DNA from: an uncultured Planctomycetota bacterium
Lineage (GTDB): Bacteria; Planctomycetota; Planctomycetia; Isosphaerales; Isosphaeraceae
DNA length: 64,000 nt
Direction: 5' to 3'
NCBI GenBank assembly: GCA_963845755.1
Contig: CAWJTV010000043.1
Coordinates: 56,683-120,682 of the forward strand
Both the position numbers and the translations under genes were made by a program. A model generated the notes under the pieces. It was not told the origin of the DNA, did no database searches, and saw nothing but the letters and a program-made list of their open reading frames with translations. This document shows positions 45,171-55,557 of this stretch, piece by piece (position 1 is the stretch's first letter; each line of letters starts with the position of its first letter).

Positions 45171-46663
45171 TTCCTCAACGGAGGACAGCGGCCGGGGAAA
45201 CCGCCCTTCACGCGAGGCGACGCCACCAGGACGATCCCGATCCCGGCGAGACCGAGCACGAGACTCGAGGGTTCCGGCACGGATGCCACGTTAATGACTC
45301 CGACGCCGTTGAGGTCGAAGCCGGATGAAGCGAAGGGGCTCGGAAACGGATCGTTGATCAGGTTCCCGAGCGAATCCCGGGTCCCGTACTGGGGATCGAT
45401 CGAGCCGACCACGTCGGTGATGCGGACTTCCGTCACGTCGTTGACGTTCAGGTACGGAGAGATCCCTGTCAGCTCCGAAAGGTCGAAGCCGGTACCGTAT
45501 CCGGCGACGTATTTTCCGGCCAAATCGTGCAGGTTCGTCGCATCGATCGAGCCGAACCCGCCGATCTGTGTCGTTGTCTGCGTTTCCGTAACGGACGGGA
45601 AGCGGAAGAAGTGCGCGCCATCGGACGAGACGTCCACGAAGGCTAACTCGAGATAAGCTAGCCCGGGTCCCCCCGACAGGAAACCGTTCTCGAAGACTGC
45701 GAAGTCGGCCCCCAGCCCATTTGCGATCGGCGCGTTGAAGCTGAGCGTAATCGAGCCGCCATCGCCGAGCGAGACCACGTGGGCGCTGACGCCATTCGCT
45801 ATCCCCAGGGCGTTGCTCGGATCGCCGAATGAGGCGAGGGGACTGTTCGGGTCGGCGATATCCTCCGGCCCTCGGGTGATCGACACGATCGACGAGGCCC
45901 ATTCATTGATCAGCGGGCTCGTATTGGGGATCCCCAGTGAACCGGTCTGGCCGACCTGAGGGTCGTAGGTGCCAGCGCGAGCATCGATGGCAAGACCGCC
46001 CAAGAATAGGCAGGCCGCCAAGCCTGTCGCACGTCGCCCCCTCCAGACGAACCCCGCCAGCCCTATGAAACCCAACGAAATCATCACCAAACTGCCGGGC
46101 TCGGGGACGGCTGCCGCAGTCGGGACGACTGGCGGCTGACCGGGATACGAGAATTCTGGAGGATTCACGCCCGCGGCGTTGATACCCGCCCAGCCGCCCG
46201 CGATCAGGGTGGTGTCGACGCCGCCATTAAGGTGGAACGCCGGTCCATTCCCCGTGCCGGGCGAATCCCAGATCGACATGAACCCCTCGGTGTTGCCGAG
46301 GTACCAGTTCGTGCCGTCGAAGTAGTTCAGTTCGACGACATATCCTTCCGGAGCATGGTACTGGAAGTCGGACGGCTCGGATGCCTGGATTTCGTTAAGG
46401 GCGTCGTCCATCGTGGTCGAAGGGTCGGACCAAGAGAAGAGCCAGGCGAACGAGGGCGGTGTGCCCGATTTCCAGTCCACGACCAGCATCGTCTGGTTCG
46501 GGCCGCTGCCGAAGCTCTCCTGGATGTCAACCTGCAGGCCGTCATAGGTGACGATTCCTGCACGGGTGATGGAGGAGCCGAGGGTCCCCCAGGCCAGGAG
46601 CATGGAGATCAGGATAGCGCATCTCGCGTCGCGCAGCGGGAAGTGGAAACGCTTTGAGGTCAT
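45164..46663 (-). CDS. Double PEP-CTERM surface protein (two domains, each with its own VPEP-TM tail)
   Basis: Signal peptide; internal VPEPGSLVMISLGFIGLAGFVWRGRR; second domain VSLGDGG.ITL.F..PI.NG.GADFAVFENGF...ELAFVDVSSDG; terminal VPEPSSLVLGLAG. Confidence 0.85.
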   Translation of the reverse strand: MTSKRFHFPLRDARCAILISMLLAWGTLGSSITRAGIVTYDGLQVDIQESFGSGPNQTMLVVDWKSGTPPSFAWLFSWSDPSTTMDDALNEIQASEPSDFQYHAPEGYVVELNYFDGTNWYLGNTEGFMSIWDSPGTGNGPAFHLNGGVDTTLIAGGWAGINAAGVNPPEFSYPGQPPVVPTAAAVPEPGSLVMISLGFIGLAGFVWRGRRATGLAACLFLGGLAIDARAGTYDPQVGQTGSLGIPNTSPLINEWASSIVSITRGPEDIADPNSPLASFGDPSNALGIANGVSAHVVSLGDGGSITLSFNAPIANGLGADFAVFENGFLSGGPGLAYLELAFVDVSSDGAHFFRFPSVTETQTTTQIGGFGSIDATNLHDLAGKYVAGYGTGFDLSELTGISPYLNVNDVTEVRITDVVGSIDPQYGTRDSLGNLINDPFPSPFASSGFDLNGVGVINVASVPEPSSLVLGLAGIGIVLVASPRVKGGFPGRCPPLRNQ

Positions 46664-46926
46664 GAGCAACGGATTCTCCTTCCGGGACATTGAAAACACT
46701 CGGTTCGACACAAAAACCTGCGATCGTGTAAGGGACCAGGCGCACGGCGAACGAGCTCGACGCGGTCCGCGCAGACCGGACGGATGCGGTCGAGTGATCG
46801 TCAACCGCCAGGACACAGTTCAGATCACGGGGACGTCAACGACACGTCTTCGGGCGCGTAACCCGACACAGGGTACGAGGAGGAGCACCCTCCTGACTGA
46901 TCCTGACTCGATCGCCCCGAGAGTGG

Positions 46927-47751
46927 TCAGGGCTTCGGCACCGTCGCTCCGCGTCTGTACCAGACGAGGCCGGCGGAGCCGAGGAGGCCGAATGCCATCA
47001 TTACGAAACCAGTCGGCTCGGGCACGGCATTCGTGCCGAGGACCAGGTTATCGATCGCGAAGTAAGCCGGCGTATTCATGCCGTATATTGGATCATTGTC
47101 GGAGGAGCTGAGGCCAAATTGAAGGCTTTCGGCGTTCGCGAGAGAGGCCAGGTTCAAGGTCTGCCAAGTATTGATGATATAGCTGTTCGATCCCAGGAAG
47201 TTCGCGAGGTAGAAGTCAACCTCTCCGGTCTTCACTCCCGTCCCGTTGGGCCCGCTATAGCCCTGGACGTCCAGGAGGAAAAAATCGCCCGGCCCGAATT
47301 TGTGGGCGAACTGGTCGCCGTTGAGCATCGAGAGGTAGGCGTAGGTCGTATTGGTGACCTGGACCGATACGGGAGTCGTCCCCGGCGCGAGGTTGATGTA
47401 CGATCCGGACGGGTTGAAGGGGTTCGCAGTCGCCCCGGAGGTGTAGGCCACCGCGTAGGTCAGAGAGTTGTCGGCGCCGGCGCCGGTGATCGCGCTGTAC
47501 TGGTTGGTGTAGCCGGGGGTCGTGGTGTCGGTCGTGGTGGACATCGCCCAGCCCGACCACGAGCCAAAGGTCGAGTCGTAGCTGTTGTTGAATTGAGCGC
47601 CGTCGACAACGAACTGGCCGCTCAATCCCGCATTATTCTCGTAGGAATTGGGCGGCAATCCGAGGTTCTCGAAGGTGATCACTTGGTCTGCGCGAGAAAT
47701 CGACGTGAAAATCGATGCAGCGGCCAGGGTTACGATGATGATTCGTCTCAT
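46927..47751 (-). CDS. DUF4465 domain PEP-CTERM protein (BtuJ-like)
   Basis: WSGWAMS..TD, NQYSAITG.GA, VTNTTYAYLSM..GD.FA.KF, V.FYLA.F, SSD....GMNTPAYFAIDN, VPEP tail. Confidence 0.85.
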   Translation of the reverse strand: MRRIIIVTLAAASIFTSISRADQVITFENLGLPPNSYENNAGLSGQFVVDGAQFNNSYDSTFGSWSGWAMSTTTDTTTPGYTNQYSAITGAGADNSLTYAVAYTSGATANPFNPSGSYINLAPGTTPVSVQVTNTTYAYLSMLNGDQFAHKFGPGDFFLLDVQGYSGPNGTGVKTGEVDFYLANFLGSNSYIINTWQTLNLASLANAESLQFGLSSSDNDPIYGMNTPAYFAIDNLVLGTNAVPEPTGFVMMAFGLLGSAGLVWYRRGATVPKP

Positions 47752-47798
47752 AGGAAATCTCTCCATGCTCATGGTTCGAGCGGGTCAAATCCTCGGTT

Positions 47799-48639
47799 TC
47801 AGTACGAATCGCTGCTGAGCACTTCGCCGAGCGAGCGCGTGCAGAGCGCGGCGAGCGGCACGGCGTTGGTCTGGTTCTTGAGGAAACGGACCGAGCCGTT
47901 AACGAACAGGGTATTGACCCCGCCAGGGTGCTGGCTCGTCAGCTCCTCACCGTATTCGGTGGGCGGGCGGGCGTTGATCGGGGCGGACTGGTCGAAGATG
48001 TTGTGCCCGCTGATCCACATCGCGTTGATCGCCTCGGGGTCCTCGCCGATGTGGATCGTCTGCGAAGCACCGTCGGTGATCTGAGCCAGGGATATCGCCT
48101 GGTTGAAGATCATCGGGCCGCAGGGCGGATTGTTCGTGAAGGTCGGTCTGCTCAGTCCTGCGCGGCCCATACATTCCGCCGTAGTCTGCGTCGGCGTACG
48201 GGAACGCATCGCCCGGTGCGCTGTTCCAATACGAGTTCCTCGGCTCCGAGGGACACAGGTAGATCTGGAGTACCGTGTAGCCGGCGGTGGAGTTGATCGG
48301 CGCATTGTAGGTGAAGCTGGTGTTCAGGCTGTTGTAGAGCGGGACTTGCTCGAGCCAGGGGAGGACGGCGGCCGACCAGCCCATGTTCATGTTCTGGGAA
48401 AGCGGCTGAGTGGGGACGGCGATCCAGCCACCGGCTGGGAACGTGTTGTGGGTGTCGTGATATCCATGGAGCGCGATCCCAACTTGCTTGAGGTTGCTCA
48501 CGCAGTTGATCCGTCGGGCCGCCTCACGCGCCGCCTGGACGGCCGGCAAGAGCAACGCGATCAACACCGCGATGATCGCGATGACGACGAGGAGTTCGAT
48601 GAGAGTGAAGGCTCGCCGAGTCTCGGGCGGGCTGGACAC
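47799..48639 (-). CDS. DUF1559 prepilin-like protein, first gene after the B12 riboswitch, indel at ~48160
   Basis: [43 protein letters not shown] start with GGAAAGGA RBS. Confidence 0.9.
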
Positions 48640-48760
48640 GGGATGGTCCTTTCCGGGGCCTGGATGGATAGGCCTCGCGGAAAGGCATGGGTGGGCAGTG
48701 CGCGGAATGCGCAATAGCCGACCTGCCCGGATGCTTGAGGCCGAAGCATCGCCTGGCTCA

Positions 48761-48927
48761 CCCGAGAGGCCGTGTTCTGGCTCGCGAGTCGATCGGTCCC
48801 GGACGCCTTCCCACGAGGTTTCGCTCGCAGTGGCATTCTTATCCGGGGACCTCCTCGCTTACAGCGGCGGTCCCGCGCCGGAATCTCACCGGCTTCCTGT
48901 CCAGCATGCGGCTGGACGCCTATCGGG
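48761..48927 (-). ncRNA. Cobalamin (B12) riboswitch
   Basis: Minus strand has AGGAAGCCGGTGAGATTCCGGCGCGGGACCGCCGCTGTAA, GCCACTG...GGGAAGGC and B12 box GAGCCAGAACACGGCCT; P1 CCCGATAGGC/GCCTCTCGGG. Confidence 0.92.
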
Positions 48928-49083
48928 TATCGGATGGGAGTCTACGCACGACATACTGCGGATGTCAAGAACCCCTCCCCGATTGCTCTGTCCTAATTCT
49001 TCTCATCCAGGGGGTTGAAAGCAATCTTACGGATGTAGTAGTCTGGTGTGCGGATTCTCATCGCTCGTAATACGGAGCCGACA

Positions 49084-50118
49084 ATGTCGAGATTTCAAAT
49101 CGCCAGGATCGCACGAGGATTGGTCCTCGCCTCCATTGTCACCAGCGGATGGGTAACCCAAGGGATCGCGGCCGACACGATCGTGGTCTACTCATCCCTC
49201 GACCGGGAGTTCTCCGAGCCGGTGCTGAAGGACTACGCCCAGCGGAGCGGCGTCCGCGTCCTGCCCAAGTTCGACGTTGAGAGTACCAAGACGGTCGGGC
49301 TGACGAACCAGATCATCGCCGAGGCGAGGCGGCCGCGTTGCGACCTGTTCTGGAACAACGAGATCCTCAACACGCTCCGTCTCAAGCAGAAGGGCTTGCT
49401 GGTCCCGTTTCAGCCCAGCCGGGCCGGCGACCTACCGGCGACGTTCCGGGCCAAGGACGGGACATGGTATGGCTTCGCCGCTCGGGCTCGGGTGCTGATC
49501 GTTAATACGAAGCTCGTCGCGGAGGCCGACCGACCGAAGGGGATCAAGGACCTTCTCGACCCGAAATGGAAGGGAAAGATCGGCATCGCCAAGCCGCTCT
49601 TCGGCACGACGGCCACGCATGCCGCTTGTCTGTTCGCCAGTTGGGGCGACGAGAAGGCGATGGGTTACTTTCGCGACCTGAAGGCCAATGGCGTGCAGAT
49701 TCTCTCCGGCAACAAGCAAGTCGCAATAGCGGCCGGCTCGGGACAGATCGCCTTCGGTCTGACCGATACCGACGACGCGATGGGTGAGATCGACGCCGGT
49801 AGTCCTGTGTCGATCATCTACCCCGACCGCCAGCCGGACGGCCTCGGCACGCTGTTCATCCCCAATACTCTGGCCATCATCAAGGGGTCGCCCCATCAGA
49901 AAGAGGCCGAGGCGCTGGCCAACCACTTGCTCAGCCCCGAGGTCGAGTCGGCGCTGGCGCGGGGGCCGGGTGCTCAGATCCCGCTCTTGAAGAGCACCAA
50001 CGTCGAGGCCCGGGTCGAGACGCCCAGGACCGTCCACGCCATGGAGGCCGACTTCGAAGCGGCGTCAAAGGTCTGGGACAGGGTCGCAGCGTTTCTCGTC
50101 TCCGAGTTTGGCGGTTGA
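49084..50118 (+). CDS. Fe(III)-type ABC transporter substrate-binding protein (FbpA/AfuA-like); no permease or ATPase adjacent
   Basis: VVYSSLD..FSEP, D.E..KTVGL, CDLFWNNE, WYGFAARARV, P.FGTTATH, GLTDTDD. Confidence 0.8.
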   Translation: MSRFQIARIARGLVLASIVTSGWVTQGIAADTIVVYSSLDREFSEPVLKDYAQRSGVRVLPKFDVESTKTVGLTNQIIAEARRPRCDLFWNNEILNTLRLKQKGLLVPFQPSRAGDLPATFRAKDGTWYGFAARARVLIVNTKLVAEADRPKGIKDLLDPKWKGKIGIAKPLFGTTATHAACLFASWGDEKAMGYFRDLKANGVQILSGNKQVAIAAGSGQIAFGLTDTDDAMGEIDAGSPVSIIYPDRQPDGLGTLFIPNTLAIIKGSPHQKEAEALANHLLSPEVESALARGPGAQIPLLKSTNVEARVETPRTVHAMEADFEAASKVWDRVAAFLVSEFGG

Positions 50119-50138
50119 ATTCACGATCGGGGGGAAAC

Positions 50139-50752
50139 ATGAGATTGCGATACGTGCTCTCGCTGCTGGTCGCCGGGATCGCCGGCATGGCGCACGCAGC
50201 GGAGGAAGCCAAGAAGGTGTGGGATTTCGAAACCGATGTGACGGGCCAGATCGCCAAGGGTTTCACGAATGAGGTCGGACAGTGGGAGGTGGCCAAGGAC
50301 GGGGATAATCGCGTCCTCTACCAGAAGGCCAAGAACGAAGATGCCACGTTCAACGTCGTCCTCGCCGCCGGAACGAGCTACAAGGACCTCGACCTGAGTG
50401 TCAAACTCAAGGCCGTCGCGGGTGACATTGACCGCGGTGGAGGCGTTGTCTGGCGAGCGAAGGATAAGAACAATTATTACATCTGCCGCTACAATCCTCT
50501 GGAGGACAACTTCCGCGTCTACAAGGTCGTCAGGATGGCAAGCGCACCCAGTTCGCGAGCGCCAAGGTCCCCGGTGATGAGACGTGGCACACCCTACGCG
50601 TGACGATGTCCGGGAACACGATCACTTGTTACCTCGACGGCAAGACCTACCTCGAGGCGAAAGACTCCACGTTTCCCGACGCAGGGAGGATCGGCCTGTG
50701 GTCCAAGGCGGACGCACAGTCCTACTTCGATGAGCTGACCGTGAAGGAGTGA
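50139..50752 (+). CDS. Secreted DUF1080/3-keto-disaccharide-hydrolase-like beta-sandwich protein, indel at ~50530
   Basis: Signal peptide, GGGVVWRAKD..NYY..RYNPLEDN, continuing WHTLRV...GRIGLWSKADAQSYFDEL in the next frame. Confidence 0.75.
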
Positions 50753-50891
50753 GTGGACGCGGCCGTTGCGCTGCAGGGAGTCGATTGGTATCCCAACAAG
50801 TCGTTGCTTCCTCCACCCGCATTGGAGCTGCTGGTCCCAGCCCGCGCGGAGACACTTCCACACATCGTGAGATATCGAAGGCGAGCGTTCC

Positions 50892-51933
50892 ATGTCGAAA
50901 TCCAGGAAACCGGGCGGATTCACACTGATCTAGCTGCTGGTCATGATCGCGATCATTGCCTTGCTGATCGCCCTGCTCTTGCCGGCGGTCCAGGCGGCGC
51001 GCGAGGCGGCCCGCCGGCTGCAATGCACGAACAACCTCAAGCAGATCGGGTTGGCGATGCACAATTACGAAGGGGCGATCGGGGGATTCCCGCCGTCGAT
51101 GTGCGCCACCGGATCCGGAAGCAGTGTGACCTGGATCAACGGCTGGAGCGCCCTGGCTGGCATCCTCCCCTACTCGGAGCAAGGCAATCTGTTCAACTCG
51201 GGCAACTTCACTTTGTTGAAGGAAGATCCTCAGAACTACGACGATCAGCCAGAACCTGAATATGCTCATCTGCCCGAGCGCGGTCCAGCAGCAGGTCTCG
51301 AGCCACGATTACGGGCTGGCCGGCGTGACGAGCTATGGCGTGAACCAGGGGGATTGGTTCGTGTGGGGTGGATTCAACGGTCCTCAGAACCGCGATGCCT
51401 TCGGCATAAACCGCAGCCGGCGGATCGCCGAGTTTGCCGACGGCACCAGCCAGACCATGATGGCGGCCGAGGTGAAGACCTACCAGACGGCCTCGAATTG
51501 CCGGTTCACGCCGCTACCCTCGGTGAACAATCCCAACAACATCCCGAGCCCGTACGCCAACCCGTTTACCGTCGCGCCGGAGTACGACAACGGAGCCTGC
51601 ATGATCGAGAATCAGTACGAGTTCCACCCCGAGTGGTCCGACGGCAACGTGCACGCAGCGGGGTTCACCACGGCCTAGCCGCCCAACAAGGCGATCCTCG
51701 GTCGCCCGGGATCGTTGTATCCGGTTATGGACCTCGATCTCAACGGTCTTAATGAAGAGCTTGGCGGTCCGACCTTCGCGGCGATCAACTCGCGCAGCGA
51801 TCACCCCGGCAGGGTCAACGTCCTTCTGGGCGATGGCTCGGTCCGGTGCGTAAAGAGCACCATCGATGGGATGGTCTGGCGCGGCCTGGGGACCGTCGAC
51901 GGCGGCGAGGTGATCGGCTCCGACTCGTACTGA
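50892..51933 (+). pseudogene. DUF1559 pseudogene
   Basis: GFTLI*LLV (TAG 50931 replaces the conserved Glu), frameshift ~51240, second TAG 51676, eroded HPGRVNV...VRCVK motif. Confidence 0.85.
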
Positions 51934-52246
51934 GGAAAGTGGATCGCCACGGCGGTTCGAATCGACCCGCCACACAAACCACCTGGCGGTGCTCGGGATC
52001 GGTCTGGGCGAGACCGCAAGAGGGACAAAACCTGTTCTCGCGCGGTGATGATTCCGCCGCCTCGTTTTCCACGGGAGCGGCCTCGATGATGGAACTCGCG
52101 ACCTGGGAATCACTTGTGGGATTCAGCAAAGGCGGCACATCAGTTGCTGAGGGGAACGGCTTCACGACCGATGGGCTCGTCCTGACCGCGAGGCCGGCAC
52201 GTGATCCGGCCTTGCAGCCCATTCACCGGGAAGAAGCCGAACCGTC

Positions 52247-54149
52247 ATGCCACGACATTACCGGGATCGCCGCCCTTCCCGCCGTGCCGCCTTCACCTTG
52301 ATCGAGTTGCTGGTCGTGATCGCGATCATCGCCGTGTTGATCGCGCTGCTGCTGCCCGCCGTGCAGGCGGCGCAGTGAGGCGGCTAGACGGATCCAGTGC
52401 ACGAATAATCTGAAGCAACTGGGACTGGGTCTCCACAATTACGAGAGCGCCAATAGCGTCCTCCACCGCAGGAGGTCCTGACGGGGATCGGGACCCAGTC
52501 CCCGATCTGGAAGAATATGTGGGGCGTCACGGCGCGGTTGATGCCCTACCTGGAATTGGGAACCTTCTACAATGCCGTCAATTTTACCCTGAAGGTCTGC
52601 GACCCGTCGAACACCACGGTCGTCTCATCGACCTTGAAGGTTTTGATCTGTCCCAGCGAGGCGAACCCGCAGCCCTACATGAGCACGAGTAGCACCGGCG
52701 CGACCACCGTGACCGGCGTGACCAACTACGGCTGGTGCGAGGGCGATTGGTACGTCTATGGGGGGGTCGGGGGTCCACTGAACCGAAGTGCGTTCGCAGT
52801 CAACGCGAGCCGTTCGTTCGCAGCGATCACCGACGGATTGAGTCAGACGGTGGTCATCGCCATCGACGGCAAGGCCCAACGCGGCGCGGCGGGCGCACCG
52901 TCGGTCGCTCGGCCTTGCACGTGGTCAGCGCCTGGGCCGTCGAGAATCGTTTGACCCTGGGGCAAGTGGCCACCGACGCCAAATCCAACGAGATTACGGC
53001 CATCCCCGAGTTGTTGGCGCTGTTGGACCTGAAGGGGGCCGTGGTGACCATCGACGCCATGGGCTGCCAGAAGGACATCGCCGCCGACATCATCGAAGGG
53101 GAGGGCCAGTATGTGCTGGCGGTCAAGGAGAATCAGCCGCATCTCTACCAGGACATCGAGCGGGCATTCGAGGAGGTCTTGGAACGTGGCGAGCCCGATG
53201 TGGACTTCACCGAGTGTCAGACCGAAGGGGTCCGTAGCGGTCGCCAGGAGACCCGCAGTTGCTGCGTGATCACCGAGCCGAAGGGCATCCGGGACGCGGG
53301 CCTGTGGGCCGGGCTGACGGCGATCGTGATGGTGATCAGCCAGCGGATGGTCAACGGTGTCGTCGGGAGCGAGACCCGCTACTTCATCGGCAGCGCGGCC
53401 GGGACGGCGGAGGAGTATCTGGGGTGGGTGCGCAGGCCATTGGGGGATCGAGAACTCGCTGCACTGGGTCTTGGACGTCTGTTTCCACGAGGATGACCAG
53501 AGGCACTGGGCCGGCAACAGTGCCGAGAACCTGGCATGGCTCCGCAAGCTGGCACTCTGTCTGCTCAAGGCGGAGAAGAACAGTAAGGGCAAGAGTATCG
53601 CGACTCGCCGCCTGCTGGCGGGGTGGAAGAACGACTATCTATTGAGTGTACTGGCCCAAATCCCAGAGAAATCTGGTGCGTAAGCCCTGCCGCGGAGGTG
53701 AAGGCTTCCCAGCCCGAGTTCCGTTCTTGTTTCCCCGACGGCAGCGGCGGAACGCTGCCCGGCCTCAACAATCCTTACATCGTCCCCGATCCCCTCAGCT
53801 CGGTCGCCTTTGTCGCCTCGGCTGCGCCCCCTTGCGTCTTGAAGATCATGGCGCACTCCACCTGGGCGAACGGGAACAGCGACGACGACGGCTTCACCAC
53901 GGCGCTGCCGCCCAATACCCGGGTCCTCGTCGGTTCCCCGGCTTACGACATGGACCTTCACACCATCAATGAGAGCGACGGTGGCCCGACGTACGCGGCA
54001 GTCACATCCAGGAGCTATCATCCCGGAGGCGTCAACACGTTGTATGGAGATGGCAGCGTGCGATTCATCAAGTCCTCGATCAACGGGATCACCTGGCGGG
54101 CATCGGTACCATCGGCGGCGGCGAGGTCGTGTCGGCGGATTCCTACTAA
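52247..54149 (+). pseudogene. DUF1559 gene interrupted by an ISAs1 fragment, with extra indels
   Basis: [10 protein letters not shown] at 5'; ...ITDGLSQTV breaks at ~52855 and resumes as AAEVKA at ~53689, ending HPGGVNTLYGDGSVRF...SY*. Confidence 0.88.
52855..53689 (+). mobile_element. 5'-truncated ISAs1-family IS (transposase fragment with indels)
   Basis: IAIDGK, KSNEITAIPELL..LDL.G..VTIDAMGCQK.IA, YVLAVKENQ, HWGIENSLHWVLDV.F.ED; right end GCCCTG after stop 53683; no left end. Confidence 0.9.
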
Positions 54150-54226
54150 GGTCTCGTCCCACTCCCGTCCAATTCTGCCGTGATCGCTTGACACACGACC
54201 TCCCACTTGCGTAAACTTCACCTCAG

Positions 54227-54243
54227 TTGAGATTGAATCTCAA
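54227..54243. promoter_or_regulatory. Fur-box-like perfect palindrome
   Basis: TTGAGATT-G-AATCTCAA (8-1-8) in an AT-rich intergenic region flanked by TTGAC elements, upstream of DUF1559. Confidence 0.55.
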
Positions 54244-54429
54244 TGTCAATTGACGAGTTTGATCTGATCCGGCGCTGGTCCCGCCGGGCGGGATCGCCAG
54301 TTCTGGAATCAGATGGACCGGATGATGTACAACAACGCATTGCAGCAGACACCGACATCGGCCTCACGCAATTCCAATGAATTAACCCCCCTGACAGCAG
54401 GCATTTCGGCAAAGTCCCCACGGACGCCG

Positions 54430-55557
54430 ATGCACGCGTCATGCGCCTCGAGGCCGTGCCAACGTTATTGCGTTTCGCAGAAATGCGACCGCGAATGCAA
54501 GCATGATCATCAGGGATTTACGCTGATCGAATTGCTGGTCGTGATTGCGATCATCGCAGTCTTGATCGCCCTGTTGTTGCCGGCCGTGCAAGCCGCGCGT
54601 GAGGCAGCCCGACGGGTTCAGTGTGTCAACAACCTGAAACAGCTTGGGCTGGCAATGCACAACTACGAAAGCTCGAATGGCGTCCTGCCGCCCCAGATGG
54701 TTCTGCTCTTCAACAACGCGGGCGCCGTGGCGTGGAAATCGAGCTGGGGGGCCTCCTCGCGGATCACGCCCTTCCTCGAATTGGGGACGGTCTACAACGC
54801 CATCAACTACACAAATAAGGTGAGTGATCCCTCAAATGGGACGGCCGTTTCCACTCAGTTGAAGGTCTTCCTGTGCCCGAGCGAGCCCAACCAGCAGGCG
54901 TTCACCAGCACCAACAGCGCGGGTGTGACCTCGACGTACGGTGTGTCGAATTACGGATGGTGTGAGGGGACGTGGTACACCTTCGGCGGATTTACCAGTT
55001 CCGTGCCGACGCCGGATGCGATCGGCTCCAACCTGCGCCGCCCGTTTGCGTCGTTCACCGATGGCTTGAGCAATACGCTTCTGGGTGCCGAGGTCAAGAC
55101 GTACATGCCGTCGTACCATGACTGTGGAGCCGTACCGCCGCCCGGACCGACCGGCCCGTACACCTACCCCGATGTTCCCACCGTGCTCGCGAGCATCGCG
55201 GCGGCACCGAACTCCGGCTGCAAGCTCGCCACGGCTCCCTCGGGCATGGCGGGCGGCGGCCACACCCACTGGAGTAACGGAAATTCGTTCTACGATGGTT
55301 TCACCACCGCCCTGCCCCCCAACACCAAGTCCCTGGCCGGGACACCGGCTCTTGACAGCGACATGAGCTCGGAGGACGAGGACGACGGCGGCCCGACCTA
55401 TGCCGCGATCACGTCGCGGAGCCACCATCCGGGGCTCGTCAACGCCGTATTCGCTGATGGCAGCGTACACGCGGTCAAGGACTCGATCAACTATCAAACC
55501 TGGCGTGCCCTGGGCACGGTCGGCGGCGGTGAAGTCATTTCGTCCGACTCCTACTGA
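54430..55557 (+). CDS. DUF1559 prepilin-like protein (start uncertain)
   Basis: [49 protein letters not shown]. Confidence 0.93.
   Translation: MHASCASRPCQRYCVSQKCDRECKHDHQGFTLIELLVVIAIIAVLIALLLPAVQAAREAARRVQCVNNLKQLGLAMHNYESSNGVLPPQMVLLFNNAGAVAWKSSWGASSRITPFLELGTVYNAINYTNKVSDPSNGTAVSTQLKVFLCPSEPNQQAFTSTNSAGVTSTYGVSNYGWCEGTWYTFGGFTSSVPTPDAIGSNLRRPFASFTDGLSNTLLGAEVKTYMPSYHDCGAVPPPGPTGPYTYPDVPTVLASIAAAPNSGCKLATAPSGMAGGGHTHWSNGNSFYDGFTTALPPNTKSLAGTPALDSDMSSEDEDDGGPTYAAITSRSHHPGLVNAVFADGSVHAVKDSINYQTWRALGTVGGGEVISSDSY

Noticed and set aside
46740..46920. Remnant PEP-CTERM-like tail (VLLLVPCVGLRARRR) between the B12-operon genes
   Set aside because: No VPEP motif or start codon; too short to support
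599..50752. Programmed frameshifting or phase variation in many genes
   Set aside because: No slippery heptamers or long SSRs; indels hit unrelated housekeeping-type genes and cluster at GCGC, so sequencing error is more likely
50931..51678. TAG recoding (pyrrolysine or alternative code) in DUF1559
   Set aside because: The two TAGs are one-step changes from different residues (Glu, probably Trp) and come with a frameshift and eroded motifs; ordinary pseudogene
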